DNA of 64,000 nt from Candidatus Fermentibacterota bacterium (GTDB lineage: Bacteria > Fermentibacterota > Fermentibacteria > Fermentibacterales > JCC-6): positions 512,001-576,000 of the forward strand of contig CAWJQI010000004.1 of the NCBI GenBank assembly GCA_963845085.1, written 5' to 3'. Below the pieces are notes generated by a model that saw only the letters and a list, made by a program, of their open reading frames with translations, ran no database searches and was not told where the DNA came from. The translations under genes and the position numbers were made by a program. Positions within the stretch are counted from its first letter, which is position 1. Each line of letters opens with the position of its first letter. Below are positions 9,814 to 18,185 of this stretch, piece after piece.

Positions 9814-9843
9814 AAACTACGCTCACGGCATTGCAGGTGCAAT
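9814..9843 (-). promoter_or_regulatory. Putative sigma70 promoter of the epimerase gene with a palindrome over -35
   Basis: Minus strand TTGCAC-N17-TAGTTT; inverted repeat ATTGCA-GG-TGCAAT at 9830-9843. Confidence 0.4.
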
Positions 9844-9908
9844 AGTGCGCGGAGTGTCCTGCAGCGGGCTGTCAGCGAAACGGGGGACGGATGCGACCGC
9901 TCCGGAGC

Positions 9909-12900
9909 TCAGGGGGGCCCGGACGACCCGGAGTCGGAACGCGAAGAAGGGTCGCCCGAAGAACAGGGCACAGCCTCCCTCAGGGAGACAAGTTTCGCCT
10001 CGGTGTCCCAGTGGGGGTGGCGGCGCTGAAGCTCCTCGCCCTCCCTAAGGCACTCCCGCAGAACAGCAGGATCGCCTGAGGCGTTGTACAACTGCCGAAG
10101 GAGATCGAACCGCTCCAGTTCGTCAGTCGCGTCGGCAAGGGCGGCCTGCAGTACGGAAACGGCCTCCCTGCACTTTCCCCGGGCGGCAAGAAGCCTTCCG
10201 CAGCAGCAGGAGTAATACGCCCTGTAATCATCGGGGAACCCCCAGCGCCGGACCTGTTCTATCCCGGCCTCGGCCTCGTCGAGCCTGCCCATGTCCATGA
10301 GGACGTTGCTCATCTCAAGGGCGTAGTCCACGCGGTGCAGTCCGAGACCATGTTCCCTGCAGACCTCGAGCGCCTCTGCAAAAAGCGTGCAGGCCTCCAT
10401 GTGCCGCCCCACCCGGCCGTATGCGCTGGCAAGGTTTCCCAGGGCAATGGAAGCTGTATCGCCCCCGCCGTACTTCCTTGCAAGCTCAACGGCCTTTTCC
10501 AGAAGGCTGAAGGCCTCCGGGGAGGGGTCGTCCTTCTCCATGAGAGAACCGAGGTTGCCGGTGGCCTGAAGCTCGACAAGCCTGCTTCCCGTCAATCTGG
10601 CGAGTTCCATGTGCTCCCTGGTCAAGGCCATCGCATCCTTCATCCTGCCCGGAAGGTACTTGTAGGCCAGTGCCAGATTGCCGACACAAAGCGTTTCCAT
10701 GAGAAGGTTGCCCGTCTCCCTGGCGTAGCTTCGAAGCCTTTTCAGATTCCGCTCGGTGTCTTCAAGGCGGTCCCGCAGCCGCAGCATGCAGCCGCAGGCA
10801 TTGCCAAGCGCCTTGAAGGCAAGCAGTCTCTCTTCGGGAGAACCTGTTCTGAATTCCTCGTAGACGGCAAGCAGGTGGTCCCTGGCTTCGTCGTTCCTCC
10901 CCTCGAGCACAAGGATGCGGCCCCTCAGGTGAAGAACGTCAGGCCTGAGCCCGGGGCTCATCCCCTCAAGCCCGTCAAGGTGCTCCATAGCCTCCCGGGG
11001 CTTGCCCTCGTTTATGGCCAGGTTCGCACGCATCAGGCGGATCACCGCCCGCCGCCGCAGGTCGTCACCGGGCTCGAGTGATGCCCTTTCGATGCACTCC
11101 CGGGCCTTTTCGATGTCGCCGGAGGATGCATGCAGATCGTAGAGCAGCCTGTGGGCGGAAAGCCTGAGAAGAGGATCCGCAGAGAGCTCGAGCACCTTTT
11201 CCATCTGCACAAGACACGAGGCGTTCATTCTCCTTGAAAGCGAATGCTCCCCTGCCTTGATGTACCAGTCCGCAGCCTCCGGACCCTGGTCGGCCAGTTC
11301 CAGGTGGTGGGCGATCACAGCGTACTTCTCCGGTCTGCTTCCCCAAAGGCGCGCCATGCCATCGGCGGCCCTTGCGTGGAGTGGAACCCTTTCGCCATGG
11401 AGCTGAAGCCTGTAGGCGGCCTCCCTCAGAAGGATATGGACAAAGCTGCAGCTTCCGTCAGGTTCAAGCCTCCAGACCCTCTCCCTCACGCCCCTTTCGA
11501 TCAGCTCGTCGGCCTGCGCTGAATGGCAGAGAAAACCGAGTATCTCGCGGTCGAACTCCCTGCCAAGAATGCTGGCCGATAGCACAGACCTGCGAAGCTC
11601 CGGCTCAAGCCGGTCCAGACGGGCCACGAGAAGTGCATGAAGGCTTCCCGGAAAACTGTGCTCGTCCGGGGGGGATTCAGCTGACACAAGCATTCCCGCG
11701 TAGTGCTCCATGAAGAAAGGAATCCCTTCGGTACGCAGATGAAACCACTCCAGGAGGGCATCGGACGGCGCCTGCCCGAGGCTCCATTGGAGGAATGCGC
11801 GGCTTCCCTCCCGGGACAGCGGGGGAAGCTCCAGAATCTCAGGCTCGAGGCCGAGTGCGATGGCGGTGTTTGCCGAATCGGGTCTGGACAGCAGAAGCAC
11901 CGGCGGGCGGTTCTCATCCAACTCGCGGAGTACGGAAGCCAGCACCTTCCTTGAATCGGGGGAGATCCACTGCAGGTCGTCAACGGTGATAACGGTGCGC
12001 CCCAGAAGCGTGTGCCCCCTGATGAAGGCAGCGAGGGCTGCCACGGTGTTTGCAAACCTTCCCTGAGGATCGAGCACCTGATAAAGGGACTTTTCCCACC
12101 CGAGCCCGACGAGCGCCGCAAGGAATGACTCCGCCCTGAGAAGTTCGTCCGCCACCTGCATTGCGGATGGATCTTCAAGCTCCTCGAGACTGCTGATGAA
12201 CCCGTACAGCTTCTCCTTGAAGGCCGGAAGCCCCTCGCGACGGTCCCTGCCGCCCAGCCATTCGCCGAACCATGATGAGAATACATCGGAGCCGGAAACG
12301 GGAAGGCTCCGGCAGCGAAGGTTCATGAAGAACGTGTCGCTCAGGCGCTGTTGCAGCTCTTCCACCAGACGGGTCTTCCCCATGCCGGTGTCGCCGAGAA
12401 GAAGCATCGCCGCGCCAGGCTTCTCCAATGCATTTTCCATCCCGGCAAGGATGCCGTCCCTCTCGATAAGTGGAGGGGTCGAGCCGCGGCTTTCCCTTCT
12501 CTGCTTCCATGGTGAGAGCACCAGTGCGCTGACCACGCTCGAAAAACCCTTGAGCCGGAGCCCGAGTTCCCTTCTCACGCCCATGCGGGAGGAGCCGTTG
12601 AAAACAGGGTCTCCGTAAACGCTGTTCCAGCCGGCCGTGTCGTGCAGCCTCGCGGCAAGGTTCACGGAAGGGCCAAGGACTGTGTACGACTCGAGCATCG
12701 GCGTTCGTATCGTGCCGCTGAAGACCAGCCCGGTGGCTGCCCCGGCCCTTACCCTGCCGGATGCCGAGGCGAACACCCTTCCAAGGAATGCATCCGCCCG
12801 GCCCGGATCATCCTCGCGTGTGACCGGTGCGCCGAAGACAACAAGCATCCGCTGGCCCGAGCCTCCCGCCTGAAGACCGGATACGAAGCCGCCCATCTCT

Positions 12901-13544
12901 CCCGCCGCTGCGAGCACCAGTGACTGGAACTCCCGCGGGCACCATTGTCCGCCCCGGTTCTCCATCGACAGGAAAATGCTTGTCACCTGCCTGAACTCGT
13001 TGACTGCGCCGTCAAGGAAGAGCGTGGGCGGGAGGAACTCGGTACTTGGGATCGGGCCCGACACAATGGGGAACATTTCGGGCATGAAGGGGGCGGATGG
13101 GTTCGCCCCGTCTCCCGCCGCGAGGCTCAGGGCCGATCCCTGAAAGCTGTAGAATGTCCAGGAATCAAGAGGTATCACGTCCCAGACGACCTGTCCAACG
13201 CCGAGGGTCGTCTTCAACGGAAGCGCCGCACAAGGTGACCCGGTCTCTACAAGCAAGCGGGCTTTCGAGGCGTCTGCGCAACCACCGGGGAACACTATGG
13301 TCACTGCATCGCCCGCGAATGAGACGGGGTACCCGCCACTGAGGGAGCACAGGTCAACCACCCCGGACAGGGTTTCGCTCACTTCCCTCGCGAGCTGTTC
13401 CGCCCCCTCTACACCCAGCCCCGCCATCCCCTGAAATCTGTTGGTAAAACCGCAGATATCGGCGGTCAGGGCGGCGCCCGGAAAACTGCCGGTGAGCTCC
13501 CCTCGCGAAATCGCTTCACGGATGATTTCGGGTGCCTGCTTCAA
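9909..13544 (-). CDS. Class III nucleotide cyclase (two cyclase domains) plus STAND-type NTPase and TPR repeats
   Basis: C1 ADICGFT and FAGDA; C2 EFRQVT, VFGAP, YTVLGPSVNLAARL; Walker A GDTGMGKT, Walker B VDDLQW, EGIPFF, ARLDRL, FVHILLREAAY; helical repeats (LGNLA) at the C-terminus. Confidence 0.88.
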   Translation of the reverse strand: MKQAPEIIREAISRGELTGSFPGAALTADICGFTNRFQGMAGLGVEGAEQLAREVSETLSGVVDLCSLSGGYPVSFAGDAVTIVFPGGCADASKARLLVETGSPCAALPLKTTLGVGQVVWDVIPLDSWTFYSFQGSALSLAAGDGANPSAPFMPEMFPIVSGPIPSTEFLPPTLFLDGAVNEFRQVTSIFLSMENRGGQWCPREFQSLVLAAAGEMGGFVSGLQAGGSGQRMLVVFGAPVTREDDPGRADAFLGRVFASASGRVRAGAATGLVFSGTIRTPMLESYTVLGPSVNLAARLHDTAGWNSVYGDPVFNGSSRMGVRRELGLRLKGFSSVVSALVLSPWKQRRESRGSTPPLIERDGILAGMENALEKPGAAMLLLGDTGMGKTRLVEELQQRLSDTFFMNLRCRSLPVSGSDVFSSWFGEWLGGRDRREGLPAFKEKLYGFISSLEELEDPSAMQVADELLRAESFLAALVGLGWEKSLYQVLDPQGRFANTVAALAAFIRGHTLLGRTVITVDDLQWISPDSRKVLASVLRELDENRPPVLLLSRPDSANTAIALGLEPEILELPPLSREGSRAFLQWSLGQAPSDALLEWFHLRTEGIPFFMEHYAGMLVSAESPPDEHSFPGSLHALLVARLDRLEPELRRSVLSASILGREFDREILGFLCHSAQADELIERGVRERVWRLEPDGSCSFVHILLREAAYRLQLHGERVPLHARAADGMARLWGSRPEKYAVIAHHLELADQGPEAADWYIKAGEHSLSRRMNASCLVQMEKVLELSADPLLRLSAHRLLYDLHASSGDIEKARECIERASLEPGDDLRRRAVIRLMRANLAINEGKPREAMEHLDGLEGMSPGLRPDVLHLRGRILVLEGRNDEARDHLLAVYEEFRTGSPEERLLAFKALGNACGCMLRLRDRLEDTERNLKRLRSYARETGNLLMETLCVGNLALAYKYLPGRMKDAMALTREHMELARLTGSRLVELQATGNLGSLMEKDDPSPEAFSLLEKAVELARKYGGGDTASIALGNLASAYGRVGRHMEACTLFAEALEVCREHGLGLHRVDYALEMSNVLMDMGRLDEAEAGIEQVRRWGFPDDYRAYYSCCCGRLLAARGKCREAVSVLQAALADATDELERFDLLRQLYNASGDPAVLRECLREGEELQRRHPHWDTEAKLVSLREAVPCSSGDPSSRSDSGSSGPP

Positions 13545-13624
13545 CGAATCCCTTTCCGGATGAGCCTGCAGGAGGGAAAGTATAAAAGCCCCGAGGGAAA
13601 AGCAATCGCAGCCGTTGAAGCGGG

Positions 13625-13650
13625 AGCGGGCCGGAGAAACCCGGCCCGCT
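13625..13650 (-). terminator. GC-rich hairpin 8 nt after the propeller gene stop
   Basis: AGCGGGCCGG-agaaac-CCGGCCCGCT, perfect 10-bp stem; no clear U-tract. Confidence 0.55.
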
Positions 13651-13658
13651 GCAAAGAA

Positions 13659-15850
13659 CTACCTGGTCACCACCATCCGGGCGACGGAGGTGGAACCCTC
13701 ATGCGCAAGACGGGCGAAGTAGACACCCGGAGCGAGTGCTTCCGTGGAGAAGGACAGGGTGTGGCTGCCCTCGGAGAGAACCTGCTCCGCAACTTGTATA
13801 ACCAGCCTGCCCGCAATGTCGAACACCGAAAGACGGGTCATCCCCGTCGAGGGAATTTCGAAACTCACTGACGCCGCGCCACCGGAAACGGGATTCGGAT
13901 GTACCGCGAGCGAGAAACCGGACAGGGCCGCCGAGGAAGCGCCCTCGGTGCCCGTGCCGTAGTAGCTCCTCCATACCGAACCGGCGGGTGTGCCCGCATA
14001 AAGGTACAGGCTGGGCGAATCGAGAACGTTCGTGATGGATGCGGGGGTGGCGGAGATCTGGACAGGTGTGCCCGACCAGTTCTCCCACTTCCATGTGCCC
14101 TGTGCAGAAGTGCCCACCACAAGGCTCGCGCCATCGCTCGATACCGCGGCATCAACTGACGAGCCGAAGGCGGTCGTTACCCTGGTCCAGGTGGAGCCGC
14201 CGTTGGTCGATGAGTACAGGCCGGAAGAGGAGGCCGCGGCGAGGTGAGATCCGTTGTCAGGGTTCACAAGAAGCCTGAACGGCGTTCCCGACCATCCCGA
14301 TGCGGCAACGCTCTGCCAGGTGGCGCCGCCGTCTTCGGTGGAGTAGACCTTCCAGGCGCTGCTTTCGTACGCGATGACGAACACCCTGTCACTGTCGGTC
14401 GGATCGACCGCGATCGCCCTGGCGTACCGGTAGTCGGTACCCGAGGAGAGGATGTGGCGGGTCCATGATGCCCCGTTGTTGTCCGTCAGGGAGACCGTCA
14501 CCTCGTAGTTCGGAGCGGTGTACTTGTAGCCGGTGTACCAGTAGGTGCCGCCACCTCCGAAGACGAGGTCGTAACCGCTGCCATAGTAATTGTCGACCGT
14601 TGTCCAGACGGAACCTCCGTCTGTGCTCGCATAGAGCTCCACTCCGCCTCAACCACTTCCTTCAAGGCCCAGGATCACGTTCGAACCATCGGTTGCCAGC
14701 CGAACGAAATCACCGCAAGTGGACGGCCTGCTCATGAACTGCCAGCTGCCGGCGGCGCTGTCTTCCATCCTGTAAAGCCCCTGGCTCGCCATGTTCACCC
14801 AGATGTACCCGTTGCTGCGGGCCATCGAGATCACGTTGCCTATGACGAGCCCCGAGTTGCTGGCCGTCCAGGAGGCCCCGCCGGTGGTGCTGCGGAAAAA
14901 ACCTGCGGTTGTGCCGGTATAGGCCAGGGAGACGTCCTCATGGTCGGGCACTATCCACTTGCAGTTGGTTCCGGTTATCCCTGTTGACACCGTGCTCCAG
15001 GAAGCTCCCGCGTTCGTGCTTCGATACGTGTAGCCAAGGCCCGCTCCGAGGGCGAGGTTGTTGTCGACCGGGCTGAAAGTGAGCCCGTAGTTGTAATACT
15101 GGGTGATGCTCGTCCAGCTGGAGCCGCCGTTGGTGCTCCGGTAAAGGGCAAGGTAGGCCCCGGCGAGAATGATGGCGGGGTTGGCCGGGTGAAAGGCGAG
15201 CCCCTCAAAATAATAGTCGTCCGAAGCCCCAGCGGGAGTAACATCGGAAAATGTCGCCCCGCCGTCGGTCGAACTGAAGAGCTGGGCCACCGTCGTGGTC
15301 GTGGACTTGTATCCCCCGATCAGGATGCGGTCAGGCTCCGAGTGTGACACTGCGATGCTTCTGCCGTAGGAGTGCAGCCCGGCCTCACCAACGTAGGTGC
15401 CTGTCCAGTTGGCCCCTCCGTCGGTGCTCCTGAAAAAGGTCATTCTCCAGTAGCTTCCGTCGTACTTGTAACCGGCAGCGTAAACCGTGGCGCCGTTGGT
15501 GGGGTGAACCGCTCCGAGCATGAACACAGTGTTCGAGAACGATCCCGAAACCCAGGTGAGGCCGCCGTCTGAAGACCTCCAGATCCGGCTGCTGCCCAGG
15601 GCCACCAGTGTGCCGTCGGCGGTTATCACCATGTCGTTGGGAGTTGAGCCGGTAAATGTCGAGATGGCCTCCCATGACAGTCCCCTGTCCTGGGAGCGGA
15701 CCACCACGGTCGGGTTGTAGCCGCTCATCCCGTAAATGATGTCGGCGTCAAGCGGAGACTGTACGATGGCCTTGATCTCTCCCCCTCGGGACCGAGGCTT
15801 TCGAAGGGGCCGTAGCTTGCAAACACGAGCAGAATCAGTGGCAGAACCAT
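13659..15850 (-). CDS. Secreted BNR/Asp-box beta-propeller protein with T9SS/FlgD-type C-terminal domain, about 730 aa when joined; in-frame TGA at 14649-14651 (candidate Sec) and 1-nt frameshift near 15781-15785
   Basis: ATG 15850 with AAGGGAG gives MVLPLILLVFASYGPFESLGPEG; adding one G to the G5 run continues GEIKAIVQSP into the 15728 ORF; many S-x-D/N-G-G-x-x-W boxes; GGT TGA GGC GGA GTG joins the two ORFs in frame; C-terminus HPNPV...LSVFDIAGRLV...LAPGVYFARL. Confidence 0.8.
14605..14623 (-). promoter_or_regulatory. SECIS-like hairpin downstream of the in-frame UGA
   Basis: mRNA CAGACGGA-GGU-UCCGUCUG, perfect 8-bp stem, loop begins 33 nt after the UGA. Confidence 0.5.
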
Positions 15851-15953
15851 CTTTTCTCCCTTCGGAAACTTTTCTTCAAATCGATGTATACAATCCATTG
15901 AAGCAGGGGCGAAAACAAGTCCCTAAAATGGTGCTCGCAAAGCGGAAGAGGCC

Positions 15954-15991
15954 TTGACACTTGACATTCAGTGAAACGAAAGTATCGTTTC
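15954..15991 (+). promoter_or_regulatory. Putative sigma70 promoter with overlapping palindromic operator
   Basis: TTGACA twice (15954, 15961); TATCGT 16 nt after the second; GAAACGA-AAGTA-TCGTTTC at 15973-15991. Confidence 0.55.
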
Positions 15992-16007
15992 GCGCCCGGA
16001 GGAGCCG

Positions 16008-16142
16008 ATGGTCAGGATAAACTGGAAACATGCCGTCATCGGTCTGGTTCTGGGCGTTCTCATAGCCCTTTTCGTCGCGGGCGAGTTAAACGGAGGGGTG
16101 ATTTCCAATGCTCAGGGTTCGCAGGCGGGAATTGACCGCTAA
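16008..16142 (+). CDS. Small single-TM protein, 44 aa
   Basis: Below the ORF-track cut-off. GGAGGAG then ATG: MVRINWKHAVIGLVLGVLIALFVAGELNGGVISNAQGSQAGIDR*. Confidence 0.55.
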   Translation: MVRINWKHAVIGLVLGVLIALFVAGELNGGVISNAQGSQAGIDR

Positions 16143-16671
16143 GCTCTTTTCATTGTTGGGGGGCCTCACAACAGGCCTTCTAGTCACAATGGCCGTGGTC
16201 ATCCCCATGCCTTCGCAGTCCGTCCAGACCCTTGCGGAAAGGGTCGAGGCCATCCCGAGCTACAAGTTTGAGAACGACAAGTCCGCCTTTGAATCGGAGC
16301 CGACCCAAATCGTCGCCGCACCCGAAACCGGGGCGACCGTTCGGTCCGAGGAGCCTCTACCGGTCACAGCGACACCTCTCACCCCCCTTGCGATCGAAAA
16401 CCCGTTGCCGGACCAGTACGAGAGAAACCTTCTTCTTCAGCAGGAGATCCGTTCACCTGAACCCAGCCCTGCCACCCACCAGCTTGCACAGGCATGGGAA
16501 CCCACATCCACTCAGTTTCACCGTTACCTGCCCGCCGCCCAGTCGGGAAACATCCCCAGAAGGACCGACCCCGGCCAGCCTGGCATTGCCGGCAGAGGCA
16601 CAAGGCACCCGGGGCACCCGGGGCTCCCCGGCAGCCCCTCTCCCGCTGGTTTCGGAAAAGACCTTCGCTGA
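16108..16671 (+). CDS. Hypothetical membrane-anchored Pro/Thr/Glu-rich protein
   Basis: Basic N-terminus, one hydrophobic helix (LFSLLGGLTTGLLVTMAVVIP), low-complexity tail; GGAGG upstream. Confidence 0.5.
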   Translation: MLRVRRRELTAKLFSLLGGLTTGLLVTMAVVIPMPSQSVQTLAERVEAIPSYKFENDKSAFESEPTQIVAAPETGATVRSEEPLPVTATPLTPLAIENPLPDQYERNLLLQQEIRSPEPSPATHQLAQAWEPTSTQFHRYLPAAQSGNIPRRTDPGQPGIAGRGTRHPGHPGLPGSPSPAGFGKDLR

Positions 16672-16804
16672 GGCTCCCCCGGCATCGTCGACCTGACCCT
16701 GTTCTCACCTTTCCGCCATCTGCTCACGGTTCTTTACGACCGGGTGCCGCGCTGCTATCATCCTCGGTAAAATCCATTACCAACCCGGAACGGAGAGGAT
16801 CACG

Positions 16805-17242
16805 GTGAAACCGGCATTATTGCTGACTGCAATGTTGTGCTCTTCGGGCTTGTCGGCACGGGTTCTGGTGTCCGAAAACGCCCCGGCTTCCGATTCAACA
16901 TTCGAGTTCATCAGGGACAACCTGAGGATCGGTCAGGAGGCAGGCGAGGTTATTGAACTTCTCGGCGATGACTACGCCGAGGTGATGTCGATAATGATCG
17001 GTGCCGAAATGTGGCGCTACGACTTTCCGGCTGAACCGGAGTACACTTTCGTGTGCCCTTCGGGAGAGGACTGCGTTGATATTGAAGGGCTGGAGAGCGG
17101 ACGCATGGCCGTGCAGCTGTTCATAACATGGACCGGATCGGGGCTGCTCGACGACTTCACGGTCTACACGGGCGCGGGCAACGGAACCGTGAACGAGTAC
17201 AGGGTCTTTCCCGACGGCTCAGTGAGAAAGACGAAGATCTGA
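16805..17242 (+). CDS. Hypothetical exported acidic protein
   Basis: GGAGAGGA RBS, signal peptide [18 protein letters not shown]; no family recognised. Confidence 0.65.
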   Translation: MKPALLLTAMLCSSGLSARVLVSENAPASDSTFEFIRDNLRIGQEAGEVIELLGDDYAEVMSIMIGAEMWRYDFPAEPEYTFVCPSGEDCVDIEGLESGRMAVQLFITWTGSGLLDDFTVYTGAGNGTVNEYRVFPDGSVRKTKI

Positions 17243-17306
17243 GACCGGCCTCGAAAGCAATGGCTTTCGGAAAGGCACATCTGCATATTCCAAAACTGGA
17301 GGTTGC

Positions 17307-18185
17307 ATGAAAGGGATCATCCTTGCCGGGGGGAGCGGATCAAGGCTTCACCCCATGACAATCGCCATCAGCAAACAGCTCCTTCCCGTCTATGACAAGC
17401 CGATGATCTATTACCCGCTCAGCATTCTGATGCTCGCAGGCATAAGGGAAATACTCGTGATCTCGACCCCTCATGATCTTCCACTTTTCAGAACGCTTCT
17501 GGGGTCCGGGGAGGATTTCGGGATCACACTCGAGTACGCCGAACAGCCGAAACCGGAAGGGCTCGCCCAGGCTTTTCACATCGGGGAGGATTTCCTCGGG
17601 GGCGGAAGCGCATGCCTCATTCTCGGCGACAACATCTTCTACGGGCAGGGGCTTCCCGCGCTCCTGCAAAACGCGCGGGATGAGGCTGGAAACGGCGGAG
17701 CCATCATTTTCGGCTATCGTGTGGCCGATCCCGAACGCTACGGAGTCGTCGAGTTTGACAGGGACCTTTCCGTCAAGAGCATTGACGAAAAGCCGGCCCA
17801 TCCGAAAAGCAACTTTGCCATCACAGGGCTCTATTTCTATGACAATCAGGTATGCAGGCTGGCCAGGACCATCAAGCCTTCCGCGAGGGGGGAGCTTGAG
17901 ATAACCGCGCTGAACAGCCTGTACCTTGAGCAGCGGCAGCTTTCCTGCAGACTCCTCGGGAGGGGGGTCGCCTGGCTCGACACCGGAACGCCGGACAGCC
18001 TTGCAGAGGCCAGCAACTATTTCATGACGATCGAGAAAAGGCAGGGACTGAAGGTTTCCTGTCTGGAGGAAATAGCCGTCCACATGGGTTATGTGGACAG
18101 GATTGACATGCTGGCCCGCGTAAGGACAAAGCCGGGAAGCTACTATGGATACGTCGAAACGAGATTGAAGGAGGGCGATGCGTAA
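17307..18185 (+). CDS. rfbA: Glucose-1-phosphate thymidylyltransferase
   Basis: [64 protein letters not shown]. Confidence 0.97.
   Translation: MKGIILAGGSGSRLHPMTIAISKQLLPVYDKPMIYYPLSILMLAGIREILVISTPHDLPLFRTLLGSGEDFGITLEYAEQPKPEGLAQAFHIGEDFLGGGSACLILGDNIFYGQGLPALLQNARDEAGNGGAIIFGYRVADPERYGVVEFDRDLSVKSIDEKPAHPKSNFAITGLYFYDNQVCRLARTIKPSARGELEITALNSLYLEQRQLSCRLLGRGVAWLDTGTPDSLAEASNYFMTIEKRQGLKVSCLEEIAVHMGYVDRIDMLARVRTKPGSYYGYVETRLKEGDA

Noticed and set aside
6426..10029. Long antisense ORFs 6426-7463 and 8899-10029
   Set aside because: Mirror frames of well-supported genes, expected at high GC; no motifs.
14649..14651. Genome-wide UGA reassignment (code 4 or 25) as the explanation for the in-frame TGA
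   Set aside because: Many intact genes here end at TGA at their expected C-termini and use ATGA/GTGA overlaps.
17252..17269. Hairpin CGAAAGC-AATG-GCTTTCG before rfbA as an ops/JUMPstart element
   Set aside because: No GGCGGTAG ops core; at most a weak terminator for the upstream gene.
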